A DNA stretch of 64,000 nt from a virus (lineage: Duplodnaviria > Caudoviricetes). Below, one piece after another: positions 37,580 to 47,240 of this stretch. The stretch lies in IMG/VR virus record IMGVR_UViG_3300024262_000013, one strand, 5' to 3'. How positions within the stretch are numbered: the stretch's first letter is position 1; each line of letters starts with the position of its first letter. Position numbers and translations under genes: made by a program. Below the pieces are notes generated by a model. It was not told where the DNA came from, did not search any database, and saw only the letters and a list, made by a program, of their open reading frames with translations.

Positions 37580-38784
37580 TTTGTTATTGTTTTATATATT
37601 TCAGCTCTTGTTTTTGTTACATTATTTAAATCATAAGTATCTTTTACGGTTTCATATAGTCGTTCCCCTAAATCTTCTGCCCATGATGGGTTTTTAACTA
37701 ACTTCTTGATATGTTTAGCCCAATCAGAATGATTTCTACTCTCATCGACCAATAAAGCGTTACCATCTACAAATTCACCATATTTAAGCGCGTGCTTTAA
37801 GTCAATCGTATAAGGTCCTATATTAGAAGCTATAATTGCTTTTTTATAAAATCCCGCCTCTATCACTTTTAACTGTGATTTCATTCTATTAAAGATATGA
37901 TTTTTAATGGGAGCTAAAGAAACGTCAAATTTAGCATAATTTTTAGCGTATGACGTAACAGGTTGTGTCCAAACTCTATGATAGTATTTTTCATCATTAT
38001 ATGGTTGTTGTTTATACGCTAATAAATATTTTTTATATTCTTCAGATACGTCATCATGACTTCTCGTAAATATTTTTTCATACTCAGCCCAAACAGTTTC
38101 TTCAGGTTTTATATCCCTTTGTTTTTGTTTCTTTGTTTCTTTATCAATCTCAGTTACCGTACCTCTAATATCAAAACCACACAAATATAATTCATATTGT
38201 TCTTTTAATGTACCTAATTTACTAAAACAGTCATCTAATATTTTTAAATCATGTAAGTGAGATGACCCACCTAACCATCCGAATCTAAGCTTATCTGACG
38301 GTTCTGTCTTATGTTTAAATTGAGGCTCATTTGGATTAATCGCGTTGGGGAGAACAAAAACATTTTTATTAAATTTTTTAATTTCTTGTGCAAATAATTT
38401 AGTGGTGGTTGTAACATATTGAGCGGCTTTAAGATTATTTCTAATTTTTAAATGTAGCCCCGAATTAACAATCATATCGTGAGCTGGATGTTCTTTAGTT
38501 GGTAACCAATAGTCATCGATGTCTGCCACGGTCACAATTCCCCATTTATGTAATTTCTCTAATAGAGCTGGGGTACCATCATAATCTTTAGTAATGGTTC
38601 TATGGAAATGAACCATATCATAATTTTTCCAATAATTATCATCATCGACTCTAGGTTCATAATCAATATCTACATGGAAATCGTTTGGATTTTGATTTTG
38701 TAAAAAAATGTGGGGTTCGACTGAACGAAATTTACCTACTCCCGTTCTATCGGATGGTAATACTAATACTCTTATCTTTGACAT
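37576..38784 (-). CDS. glycosyltransferase, GT-B (GT4-like)
   Basis: DIDDYW, FGWLGGSSHLHDL, FNRMKSQLKVIEAG and IASNIGPY motifs. Confidence 0.85.
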   Translation of the reverse strand: MSKIRVLVLPSDRTGVGKFRSVEPHIFLQNQNPNDFHVDIDYEPRVDDDNYWKNYDMVHFHRTITKDYDGTPALLEKLHKWGIVTVADIDDYWLPTKEHPAHDMIVNSGLHLKIRNNLKAAQYVTTTTKLFAQEIKKFNKNVFVLPNAINPNEPQFKHKTEPSDKLRFGWLGGSSHLHDLKILDDCFSKLGTLKEQYELYLCGFDIRGTVTEIDKETKKQKQRDIKPEETVWAEYEKIFTRSHDDVSEEYKKYLLAYKQQPYNDEKYYHRVWTQPVTSYAKNYAKFDVSLAPIKNHIFNRMKSQLKVIEAGFYKKAIIASNIGPYTIDLKHALKYGEFVDGNALLVDESRNHSDWAKHIKKLVKNPSWAEDLGERLYETVKDTYDLNNVTKTRAEIYKTITK

Positions 38785-38839
38785 ATACTTTAATTTTACT
38801 TAAAATATAGTAAAAGATTCTTAATAAGAAAAGGAAATA

Positions 38840-39469
38840 TTATTGTTTTACCTTTTTTACTTTAAGTACTTTTCCTTCAAAGATATGTTTACCGACTCTA
38901 AGAGATAATGTCTCGTTAACTTTCTGATTACCTTCGATAATCATACCCGAACTTTTTAGTTCTTCTCTTATAACGTCTCTTACGGTATCACGTACAACAT
39001 CCCTAATCATTTGTTTTAGGTCATTATTAATTGGTAACGATGTAGTGATTTCGTTTAATGGTTGACCCACACTAGTTGATGGGTTAGTTTGAGGTGATGA
39101 CACAACTGATTCATTACTACGATTCGCATTCATTAATCTTGCTGCTCCTTCAATAATATCGTTAGATAAAACAGGTCCGTTCGTTTGTGGTTGGACTATA
39201 GGGTTCTCTAACATTAATCTTTTTATTTCATCAGGTAATTTAGAATTTTTAATTGCGTTTTCAGTTACTGGTTCACTCGGAGTTAGGGTCTGTGGCGTAA
39301 TTTGTTGTTGTTGTGGTGGTGGTTGTTGTATCATGTCTTGAGGTATATTATACGAAGCGTTGATATTTTCTGACATAGGTAATGAACCACCATGTGCTCT
39401 TGGTGTTGCATTATGCTTTTCCATTATTTTCTTAGAAACTGCTAATTTCTCCATTAGGTTACTACTCAT
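38840..39469 (-). CDS. hypothetical Gln/Pro-rich protein (209 aa)
   Basis: Clean ORF with many x-x-E sites (MSE, VTE, MLE, LNE, VNE). Confidence 0.7.
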   Translation of the reverse strand: MSSNLMEKLAVSKKIMEKHNATPRAHGGSLPMSENINASYNIPQDMIQQPPPQQQQITPQTLTPSEPVTENAIKNSKLPDEIKRLMLENPIVQPQTNGPVLSNDIIEGAARLMNANRSNESVVSSPQTNPSTSVGQPLNEITTSLPINNDLKQMIRDVVRDTVRDVIREELKSSGMIIEGNQKVNETLSLRVGKHIFEGKVLKVKKVKQ

Positions 39470-39473
39470 ATTA

Positions 39474-39863
39474 TTAATTATTAAATTTTGCGTTTAAAAT
39501 CACGCTAGACATACTATTGTCTCCGTTAGGGTTATAGTTAGGTCTAGGTTCATTAAAGGTATCATTAGTTAACTTATAAGTAAATATTTTGTCGACTCTG
39601 AATAATCTCCACCCAGGTAATGGTTTTTCACCTATAGTTGCGGTATGTGAGGCCCCTTCCGTATCCCACGCCCTAAGTACCATATTATTACCACCTTTAC
39701 TTCTACCCACACACACAGGTTCAATAGTCCTATAACCTTTACCACCAGGTTCTTTACCATCGTAATTAATAATCACAACTTTTCGGTCTCTAATTGACTT
39801 TTCAATATCATTAAGAGACGCGATTTCATTTATGAGACCTTTAACCGTGGTAAGTAAATTCAT
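39474..39863 (-). CDS. stand-alone WYL-domain-like protein
   Basis: INYDG...RTIEPVCVG...LRAWD...WRLFRVDKI pattern; leader ends in LINE. Confidence 0.7.
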   Translation of the reverse strand: MNLLTTVKGLINEIASLNDIEKSIRDRKVVIINYDGKEPGGKGYRTIEPVCVGRSKGGNNMVLRAWDTEGASHTATIGEKPLPGWRLFRVDKIFTYKLTNDTFNEPRPNYNPNGDNSMSSVILNAKFNN

Positions 39864-40162
39864 TATAACTCGAAACTTGGGTAAGGTTTGTTATGACTAT
39901 ACTTGTCAATTTTTTCATTCTCTACTCTCGCTTGGATATCCGTAGAAGTACCAACTTCATGGTTATAGATATCTAAGTATTTTGCGGTTCCTCTCCCTAA
40001 TTTATCACCATCAGCCATTGCATCTGGATGTTGAGGTGAATAAAGGTCACTATTAGGTGAATAATCATTCTTTGGGAATAATTTTGCTCTTTCTGCTTCA
40101 GCGTATTCAGATAATGTGTTTACTGGTTGAGCGAAGTCTAATTTGTCGTTTTGTGTTGCCAT
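39863..40162 (-). CDS. hypothetical protein (99 aa)
   Basis: Translationally coupled ORF. Confidence 0.7.
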   Translation of the reverse strand: MATQNDKLDFAQPVNTLSEYAEAERAKLFPKNDYSPNSDLYSPQHPDAMADGDKLGRGTAKYLDIYNHEVGTSTDIQARVENEKIDKYSHNKPYPSFEL

Positions 40163-40626
40163 TATATTAATGTTTTCATTATGTCGTTTATTTGTTTTAT
40201 CTGTTCGGTAACAGACGTATCAAATTTGTTAATACCTTTTTCATGTTTTTGATTAGGACTAACAACTATCCCGTCTTTAGTATGATATTTTATATATTCA
40301 TTTTCCATACCACCTTCTAACTTGGCTTTATTACCGATATCTAAAGTTTTTCTCCAATGGTCTAAAACACTGTTACACCATTTCTCCATTCTATCCCCAC
40401 CGTTTAAAATAAAAGACGGTTCGTCTTTAGTTCCCTCATAACCTTCAAACCAATTTTTAATTCGTTTTATCTGTTGGTAAGTAGCCACCCCACTATCTCT
40501 CATGTCTTTGTTTCTATTAAACCCTTCAACATTACTATCCGCGTCTACAGAATCAAAACACTTTGATAGGTGACCACAAAGAGATTCAGGTATCTTTACT
40601 TTTCTATCGTATAATTCTTTATTCAT
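40162..40626 (-). CDS. hypothetical protein with an LNGGD domain
   Basis: Aligns by eye to the C-domain of 14591..15139. Confidence 0.7.
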   Translation of the reverse strand: MNKELYDRKVKIPESLCGHLSKCFDSVDADSNVEGFNRNKDMRDSGVATYQQIKRIKNWFEGYEGTKDEPSFILNGGDRMEKWCNSVLDHWRKTLDIGNKAKLEGGMENEYIKYHTKDGIVVSPNQKHEKGINKFDTSVTEQIKQINDIMKTLI

Positions 40627-41371
40627 TTTTTAAAATTTTAACTAACTCATTAGTAGAAATACCATCAGCTACCGCTAATTTTTTTAAAACTTTAATGTTT
40701 CTTTGTAAGATTGGTGAGATTTTACTATTAATTTTTAAATCTTTATTGTCTGATTTAGATACTAACATATCGTCTGCCATCTTAATTAACTCTTCTTTAC
40801 TTAAAACTTTCCCCTTTTCAACCAATCTACCTTTCATTACAAAATCTTTCATTTTCTTAAAATAAGATGAGTCGTCTAATTTAGGGTCCTTGCCCATTTC
40901 TTCAGACCGACCTTTAGCCTCATCTTCATCAAAACCTAACTCATCAATAAAAAAATCGATAGTCTCATCGGCGTCCATATATTTAGTTTCATCATACCCA
41001 AAAGCGTCTTCCATATCCTCCTCACTAATTTCCCTAGGTTCAACACTTTCACCGTAATAAACTCTATAACCCCTTGTTAGAGGGTCTTGAGTGATACGTG
41101 CCATGGCAACAGTTTTATCCATGGTGGTATTTCCATCTGCACTAACAGTCGGGTCTAATATTGGTATTTTAGAATTTAACATAGTACCATCATAGTCGAT
41201 TATTTCGTCCATTTCACCCTCAGGTTTATCACTTTTAGTTGTTGACAAAAACTCTTTGTGGGTCTTACAAGGCATAAATGTATTTCTTTTATGTTTGTGA
41301 GAACCTTCACAACCTAATTCATTTGCAGCTTTCTCAGCTTGCTCTACAGTTTTATAAAGATATGACTTCAT
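40619..41371 (-). CDS. hypothetical late protein with an N-terminal Cys/His module
   Basis: Start moved to MKSYLY (41371) because TATTTATA lies 15 nt upstream; contains GCEGSHKH...MPCKTH. Confidence 0.7.
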   Translation of the reverse strand: MKSYLYKTVEQAEKAANELGCEGSHKHKRNTFMPCKTHKEFLSTTKSDKPEGEMDEIIDYDGTMLNSKIPILDPTVSADGNTTMDKTVAMARITQDPLTRGYRVYYGESVEPREISEEDMEDAFGYDETKYMDADETIDFFIDELGFDEDEAKGRSEEMGKDPKLDDSSYFKKMKDFVMKGRLVEKGKVLSKEELIKMADDMLVSKSDNKDLKINSKISPILQRNIKVLKKLAVADGISTNELVKILKNE

Positions 41372-41386
41372 TGATTCTTTTTTAAT

Positions 41387-41412
41387 ATAAATACCGCGAA
41401 CAAAGTATTTAT
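41387..41412. promoter_or_regulatory. back-to-back pair of TATTTAT motifs driving divergent genes
   Basis: ATAAATA at 41387-41393 (for the - gene) and TATTTAT at 41406-41412 (for the + gene), each 15 nt from its ATG. Confidence 0.65.
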
Positions 41413-41427
41413 CTATAAAAACCATTC

Positions 41428-43521
41428 ATGCCCAGTCAGAATATTAATAATTATAATTTTAATCGATACGATATCCGTTTAGACTATAGTAGTTACTTTG
41501 ACCTCACAATCGCATCAGATGAGAGAGATTATGATGAGGAAGTAGTATTTTCTACAAAACTAATCGCAGAAGACGATGGAGACAGACTGCCCGTATATAT
41601 TGATTTATCATCAAATTTGTCAAATCAACAAATGAAATTGTTATGGAATGTTAATTATACCGGAAATACTTTAGTTTCAGAAAATTATTATAACCCTAAA
41701 AACGTTGATTTATATTGTGAATCCGCGACTACTTTATGTGATATTGGTTTAGTTGCTACGGATAACGGTTTATACGATAAAATGACCGGTGAGACAATAA
41801 CGTTTACTATGGGTATTAATGATTTTGAAAAATGGAACCCACACTATTATGACCGCAGAATGAAATTTCACCCTGTTACGTCATATGCCGATTGGCCAAA
41901 TCATAGGTTTTCAGGTAACTCAAAAACCATATATAATGTGATATCTAAAAATAATGGAGACTCTATTGGTTATTATAATGAACTTTATGGGGGGTTTTAT
42001 CAGGGATTTTATAAGTTATTTGGTTATGATTATGAGGTTTTTCCTGAGAGGGTTAACAAGGGATGGACAATGGAGACCGTCATTAAACCGAGACAAAGGG
42101 AAGAGTTTAAAATACAGCCTTCTGAAGTATACTTAAATGATGTTTATCCTGAAAATTCGGGTATGTTCTTTTATTTTGGTACAAGGGCAGAAAATAAATA
42201 TTATCATCCATCATCAGGTAAGACTGAATCTAAAAGAGGAAACCAAGGTTCAGATGGTTTAGGTTGTTATAATTATAATTGTGGATTTAATGTTGATACC
42301 TCAGGCAGTAGTTCTACTCAATGGACATATAAAAGAGTAACTTCAGGTTTAGGGAATTGTATAAGAACATGTGCCTGCTCAAATACTGGCGTAACTAACT
42401 CTAATTGTTTTGACGTTTTTCCAACATCAGGAACAACAGTTAAACATAATACAGGTCCTTGTGGGGCATATAACACTACAATCGTAAATCCCCCTGTTGA
42501 CCCTGGTGTAGATGCGTTATCTAACGCAATGTCAATCAGATTATCAGGAGACCCTAAGAACCCCCATTTATGTGTAAAATATATTAAATTAACGGGTGAT
42601 TGTGTAACAACAGGTAGTTGTGGTACTACGGGGCTAACATACTCTTCAGGTTACTGTATAAATGAAATATGTTCAGTTAGAGGTATATATGATGATTGTG
42701 GTTATGATTCATTAATATGTTTAACCGCAAATACTGAAGAAAGATGGGTAATGTTTTCCGCTGTATTCGAAAGATATCAAACATTAGAGGATTGTGATTT
42801 AATCAATTGGGGGGGATTAGGAGATATTAGAGACGTTGTTTATCCTTCATCAATAAATGGCGCTAGTATTAATTTAATTACGCCACCACAAACACATATC
42901 GGTAGTAAAAAAGAGAAGAAAACAAGTCTTATAGATTTAAATCGAAAATGGTTAAGAAATAAAGATAGAAGACAAGGTCTTTTAAAACTATATGTTAATG
43001 GTTATTTATTTATGGTGATTGAGGATTTTGAAGAAATTATACCTCGTGAATTAAATACCCAAAAAGAAAAACAACTTGGGGTTCCTTTTAACATAAGTTG
43101 GGGAGGAGGGACACAGGGACTTAGAGAGAGTCTAATGTTCAGTGCTTGTACCGCAACTGAAGGTCCTTATATTCAAGACCCTGAAGATATGCCGAATCAA
43201 ACATTATCAGGTACTTCATTATCTGGATTGACTACCGACATTCTAATCGAACCTAATTTTGGTGGTACGTTTATGGGTGGTATATCACAATTTAGAATGT
43301 ATACGGAGCCGTTGTCAACTCCACAAATACAACATAATTATAGGGAACTAAAAACAAAGTATAATTTATATGATTTTTGGTGTATCGATTGTTTCCCTTG
43401 TCTATTAGGGTGTTACTTTAATTTTGATGCCGACGCTGCGGCATGTGATTTTGATTTCGTAGCTGATGAAATAACTTGTGATTTTGGATTTAATATATCT
43501 GATAATGACCCTAATATATAA
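41428..43521 (+). CDS. putative virion protein (697 aa, Cys-rich segments, LamG/ConA-like C-terminal pattern)
   Basis: Late motif upstream; S/T/G-rich; LKLYVNG...ISWGGG...FMGGISQFRMYTEPLS resembles a LamG-like tail. Confidence 0.6.
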   Translation: MPSQNINNYNFNRYDIRLDYSSYFDLTIASDERDYDEEVVFSTKLIAEDDGDRLPVYIDLSSNLSNQQMKLLWNVNYTGNTLVSENYYNPKNVDLYCESATTLCDIGLVATDNGLYDKMTGETITFTMGINDFEKWNPHYYDRRMKFHPVTSYADWPNHRFSGNSKTIYNVISKNNGDSIGYYNELYGGFYQGFYKLFGYDYEVFPERVNKGWTMETVIKPRQREEFKIQPSEVYLNDVYPENSGMFFYFGTRAENKYYHPSSGKTESKRGNQGSDGLGCYNYNCGFNVDTSGSSSTQWTYKRVTSGLGNCIRTCACSNTGVTNSNCFDVFPTSGTTVKHNTGPCGAYNTTIVNPPVDPGVDALSNAMSIRLSGDPKNPHLCVKYIKLTGDCVTTGSCGTTGLTYSSGYCINEICSVRGIYDDCGYDSLICLTANTEERWVMFSAVFERYQTLEDCDLINWGGLGDIRDVVYPSSINGASINLITPPQTHIGSKKEKKTSLIDLNRKWLRNKDRRQGLLKLYVNGYLFMVIEDFEEIIPRELNTQKEKQLGVPFNISWGGGTQGLRESLMFSACTATEGPYIQDPEDMPNQTLSGTSLSGLTTDILIEPNFGGTFMGGISQFRMYTEPLSTPQIQHNYRELKTKYNLYDFWCIDCFPCLLGCYFNFDADAAACDFDFVADEITCDFGFNISDNDPNI

Positions 43522-43527
43522 TAATTA

Positions 43528-43935
43528 ATGATGGAGTTTTTTATAAGAAAAAATAGTACGTTACCAATTATAAAGGTACAAATCGTAAAAGATGGTAGAT
43601 TAGGATTTCGTGAATTCGATAATTTAACAAAAGACTCTACCATCACATTCAGTATGTGGAATGAAGAAACTAATGTGTATTACATAATGAATAAACCCGC
43701 TTCGGTAATGGTTAAACCATCTACGGTCGGGTCCAATGAAGTGGAGTATTTTGTATATTACCAATTAAGTTCTCACGAAACAAGGGATATTGGTGGATAT
43801 ATAGGTGAGTTTAAAGTTACAAATAGTCAAGGTGAAATTATTTTACCGAGAAGAAAAAAGTTATTTATTAATATAACAGATTCTTTTAGTCGAGCTGATT
43901 TATGTTGTAAACCAAGTACCCCCAATGGGACATAA
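43528..43935 (+). CDS. small Ig-like/BppU-N-like structural protein (paralogue 1)
   Basis: MEFFIRKNSTLP, ITFSM and GEF...IILP pattern shared with the next gene. Confidence 0.6.
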   Translation: MMEFFIRKNSTLPIIKVQIVKDGRLGFREFDNLTKDSTITFSMWNEETNVYYIMNKPASVMVKPSTVGSNEVEYFVYYQLSSHETRDIGGYIGEFKVTNSQGEIILPRRKKLFINITDSFSRADLCCKPSTPNGT

Positions 43936-43960
43936 TAAAAATGATATAAAATAATAAAAT

Positions 43961-44314
43961 ATGGAATTTTTTATAAAACATAAAAGTGAATTACCAATTC
44001 TTAAAATGCAAGTGGTTAGAGATGGTAGAACAGACGCCTATAAGATTTTTGATACTGACTTAGATACCGCGACTATTCGATTTTCTATGAAAAATGAATC
44101 AAATGGTATACAAAAAATACTTATGAATAACGCATATATAACTGAAAAAACACAACTTAATCCTGACTCACCATCAGAATATTACATTTATTATCGATGG
44201 AGTAAACGTGATACAAACACTAAAGGTAGGTTTATTGGTGAATTTCATATTCATAATTCAATGGGTGAATTAATTGCTCCAATTAGAGAAAATCTTTATA
44301 TCAATATTATTTGA
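43961..44314 (+). CDS. small Ig-like/BppU-N-like structural protein (paralogue 2)
   Basis: MEFFIKHKSELP, IRFSM and GEF...LIAP...LYINI. Confidence 0.6.
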   Translation: MEFFIKHKSELPILKMQVVRDGRTDAYKIFDTDLDTATIRFSMKNESNGIQKILMNNAYITEKTQLNPDSPSEYYIYYRWSKRDTNTKGRFIGEFHIHNSMGELIAPIRENLYINII

Positions 44315-44341
44315 CAACTTCAATAACTTACCTTACCTTTG
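44310..44341 (+). promoter_or_regulatory. Bacteroidota housekeeping-sigma promoter upstream of DNA polymerase
   Basis: Exact TTTG (44310-44313)-N20-TACCTTTG (44334-44341), matching the -33 TTTG / -7 TAnnTTTG consensus. Confidence 0.75.
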
Positions 44342-44408
44342 TTTAAGTGTTAAAGAGTAATCGCATCAATACGATACGAGTAAATGTCTCAAACGAAAAA
44401 CAAATATT

Positions 44409-47240
44409 ATGGTATCACAAGAAGAAATTGAAATCTTCCTTAACGGAGAAGACCCTGAAAAGTATATAGTAGCGTTAGAATATGATTACGCATCAGGAAA
44501 AATATTCAAAGTAATTCAAGACCCTCTTCAGGGTAAAACAATAAAATCAGACACATTTATCCCATTCGCTTGGGTAGGTAACCTACAAGGAATTAACTTT
44601 TATGGTGGGTCTAAATCTGCTCAGAAACAAGCCATGTCTACACATGGTATTATCATAGAAACGTTAGATACACATAATGATTCACGAATGGAAGAAGGTT
44701 TAAAATATTTAGTTAAAACAACTAAAACATATAGTAACTTAGTGAACTTCTTTAAGGGTGGTGGGTTAGACCCATGGGGTCGAGGTAATTCCGACTATAT
44801 AATGATTCTAGCACCCGCGGAACAATATCTCATACAAAAAAATAAAAGACTTTTTAAAGGGTTTGATGAGTATGATGAGGTACATAGGTTCGTATTCGAT
44901 ATTGAGACAACGGGACTATCTCCAGAAGAAAGTAGAATTTTCATGATAGGTATGAAAGACAATAAAGGGTTTGAAAAGGTTATTGCGTGTGAGAATGACG
45001 AAGAAGAACGTAAATTAATTATTGAGTTTTTTGATATTATATCATTTATTAAACCATCGTTAATCGGAGGATATAATTCAGCGTTTTTCGATTTCCCCTT
45101 TATTATTCGTAGAGCCGAAATATTAGGATTAGATATCAAAAAAATATCTAAAACATTAAATCCTAAACAAAAATTAAGACAGAAAGAAGGTATGTTAAAA
45201 TTGGCTAATGAAATGGAGTCATATACTCAAACAATGATGTGGGGGTATAATATCATTGATATTGCGCATGCCGTTAGAAGAACCCAAGCAATTAATTCAG
45301 ACATTAAAAGTTGGGGACTTAAATATATCACTAAATTCATCGGAGCGGAAAAAGAAAACAGAGTTTATGTTGAGGGAGATAAAATTGGTAAAATTTATTT
45401 TGACAATAAAGACTATTATTTTAATCCTAAGACGGGTGGTTATAAAGAAGTTGGGTCAACAGGAACTGAAGACCTAATGGAAAGATTTCCAGGCCATTAC
45501 GAGAAGGTAAACGGTAACTATATTATTGAGAGATATCTTTATGATGATATATGGGAGACTATGATTGTTGATGAAGAATTTAATCAAGCAAATTTTCTAC
45601 TCTCTAAACTGGTTCCTACCACATATGAACGACTATCTACTATGGGTACAGCTACATTATGGAAGATGATTATGGCAGCATGGTCATATAAACATAATTT
45701 AGCTATCCCTAAGAAAGGTGAGAAGAGACCATTTACCGGGGGACTCTCAAGATTATTAGCCGTTGGGTACTCTACGGACGTTTTAAAATTAGATTACTCC
45801 TCACTATACCCATCAATACAGTTAGTCCATGACGTGTTCCCTAAGTGTGATGTAACGGGGGCAATGAAGAGTATGTTGAAGTACTTTAGAGATACCCGTA
45901 TTAACTATAAACAGTTAGCCTCAGATTTATACGTATCCGACCCTGAGCAATCTAAGAAGTATAACCGTAAACAATTACCGATTAAAATATTCATTAACGC
46001 TTTCTTTGGTTCATTATCTGCCCCTCATGTATTTCCATGGGGAGATATGGATATGGGTGAACAAATTACGTGTACTGGTCGACAATATCTTAGACAAATG
46101 ATTATGTGGTTTATGAAACGCGGGTATAATCCTCTTGTAATGGATACTGATGGGGTTAACTTTTCCTCACCACCTGAACGTGAAAAACATACATACATAG
46201 GTAAAGGTTTAAATGGTTTAGTTGTCGAAGGTAAAGAATACATCGGTACAGAAGCAGATGTTGCGGAATACAACGATATATTCATGAGGGGAGAAATGGG
46301 GTTAGATACTGATGGGGTATGGCCATCAACTATAAATGTTGCACGTAAAAACTACGCGTTACTTACTGACACAGGTAAAGTTAAATTAACGGGAAATAGT
46401 ATTAAATCTAAAAAACTACCCACATATGTTGCTGAGTTTTTGGACCACGGGTTAAGACTATTATTAGATGGTAAAGGTCACGAGTTCTTAGATTTTTATT
46501 ATGAGTATGTTGATAAAATCTATAACTTACAAATACCAATTTCTAAAATAGCCAACAAATCTCGTGTAAAACAAAGTATCGGTGATTATAAATTACATAT
46601 GAAAAAAAGAACTAAATCAGGTTCTTTAATGTCAAGACAAGCTCACATGGAATTATCTATAAAACATAAGTTAAATGTTGGTTTAGGTGACACTATCTAC
46701 TATGTCAATAATGGAGAAAGAAAGTCTCATGGTGACGTACAGAAAAAAAATAAGTGGAGCGCAACCGCAGCTGAAAAGAGAGAATATGCTATTGTTAATG
46801 GGAAACCAATGCCTCCTGACTCTTCCGAAATTGTACTTAATTGTTACTTAATTGATGATAAATATATTAGTGAAACACCTGACAAATTAGGTGAATATAA
46901 TATCCCTAGATATATGGCGGCGTTTAATAAACGTATTGAGCCCTTATTAGTAGTTTTTTCTCCTGATATTCGTAGTGAAGTATTAATCGACAACCCTGAA
47001 GACCGACCATTTTTCACAAAATCTCAAACAGAATTAGTTAGAGGTTTCCCAATGAAAGAAGGTAGTCAAGATAATTTAGATGAGGTTTTAACTTTATCAG
47101 AACCAGAAATTAGATTTTGGAATGATGTTAATATAAGCCCGTTTTATATGTACTTAGAAAACACTACTAAATTAGTAGATGAGAAATATGTTAATAAGAA
47201 TATGGAAATTATGAATTCTTTAATCCGTCAGAAGACATAA
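44409..47240 (+). CDS. polB: family B DNA polymerase with proofreading exonuclease
   Basis: Exo motifs FDIETTG, GYNSAFFD and YLYDD; polymerase motifs DYSSLYPSI, KIFINAFFG and MDTDG. Confidence 0.96.
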   Translation: MVSQEEIEIFLNGEDPEKYIVALEYDYASGKIFKVIQDPLQGKTIKSDTFIPFAWVGNLQGINFYGGSKSAQKQAMSTHGIIIETLDTHNDSRMEEGLKYLVKTTKTYSNLVNFFKGGGLDPWGRGNSDYIMILAPAEQYLIQKNKRLFKGFDEYDEVHRFVFDIETTGLSPEESRIFMIGMKDNKGFEKVIACENDEEERKLIIEFFDIISFIKPSLIGGYNSAFFDFPFIIRRAEILGLDIKKISKTLNPKQKLRQKEGMLKLANEMESYTQTMMWGYNIIDIAHAVRRTQAINSDIKSWGLKYITKFIGAEKENRVYVEGDKIGKIYFDNKDYYFNPKTGGYKEVGSTGTEDLMERFPGHYEKVNGNYIIERYLYDDIWETMIVDEEFNQANFLLSKLVPTTYERLSTMGTATLWKMIMAAWSYKHNLAIPKKGEKRPFTGGLSRLLAVGYSTDVLKLDYSSLYPSIQLVHDVFPKCDVTGAMKSMLKYFRDTRINYKQLASDLYVSDPEQSKKYNRKQLPIKIFINAFFGSLSAPHVFPWGDMDMGEQITCTGRQYLRQMIMWFMKRGYNPLVMDTDGVNFSSPPEREKHTYIGKGLNGLVVEGKEYIGTEADVAEYNDIFMRGEMGLDTDGVWPSTINVARKNYALLTDTGKVKLTGNSIKSKKLPTYVAEFLDHGLRLLLDGKGHEFLDFYYEYVDKIYNLQIPISKIANKSRVKQSIGDYKLHMKKRTKSGSLMSRQAHMELSIKHKLNVGLGDTIYYVNNGERKSHGDVQKKNKWSATAAEKREYAIVNGKPMPPDSSEIVLNCYLIDDKYISETPDKLGEYNIPRYMAAFNKRIEPLLVVFSPDIRSEVLIDNPEDRPFFTKSQTELVRGFPMKEGSQDNLDEVLTLSEPEIRFWNDVNISPFYMYLENTTKLVDEKYVNKNMEIMNSLIRQKT

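Noticed and set aside
22567-38784. Canonical T-even-style DNA hypermodification cluster
   Set aside because: No dCMP/dUMP hydroxymethylase, TET/JBP or preQ0 genes were recognised in this window. The idea is kept only as an alternative, since such genes could lie elsewhere in the genome.
22567-38784. Host LPS/capsule locus misassembled into the contig
   Set aside because: There is no flippase, polymerase or exporter; genes are coupled to phage-type phoH, dut, exonuclease and sigma genes; and both ends run seamlessly into phage operons. Read-pair or long-read support would confirm this.
41372-41425. Track start at 41425 for the - strand gene
   Set aside because: It would overlap the divergent promoter pair and lie 2 nt from the opposite gene's ATG; the ATG at 41371 has the late motif at the usual spacing.
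44409-47240. Intein or intron in polB, terminase or capsid
   Set aside because: No C/S...HN intein ends, LAGLIDADG or HNH motifs, or reading-frame breaks were seen; lengths are explained by ordinary insertions.
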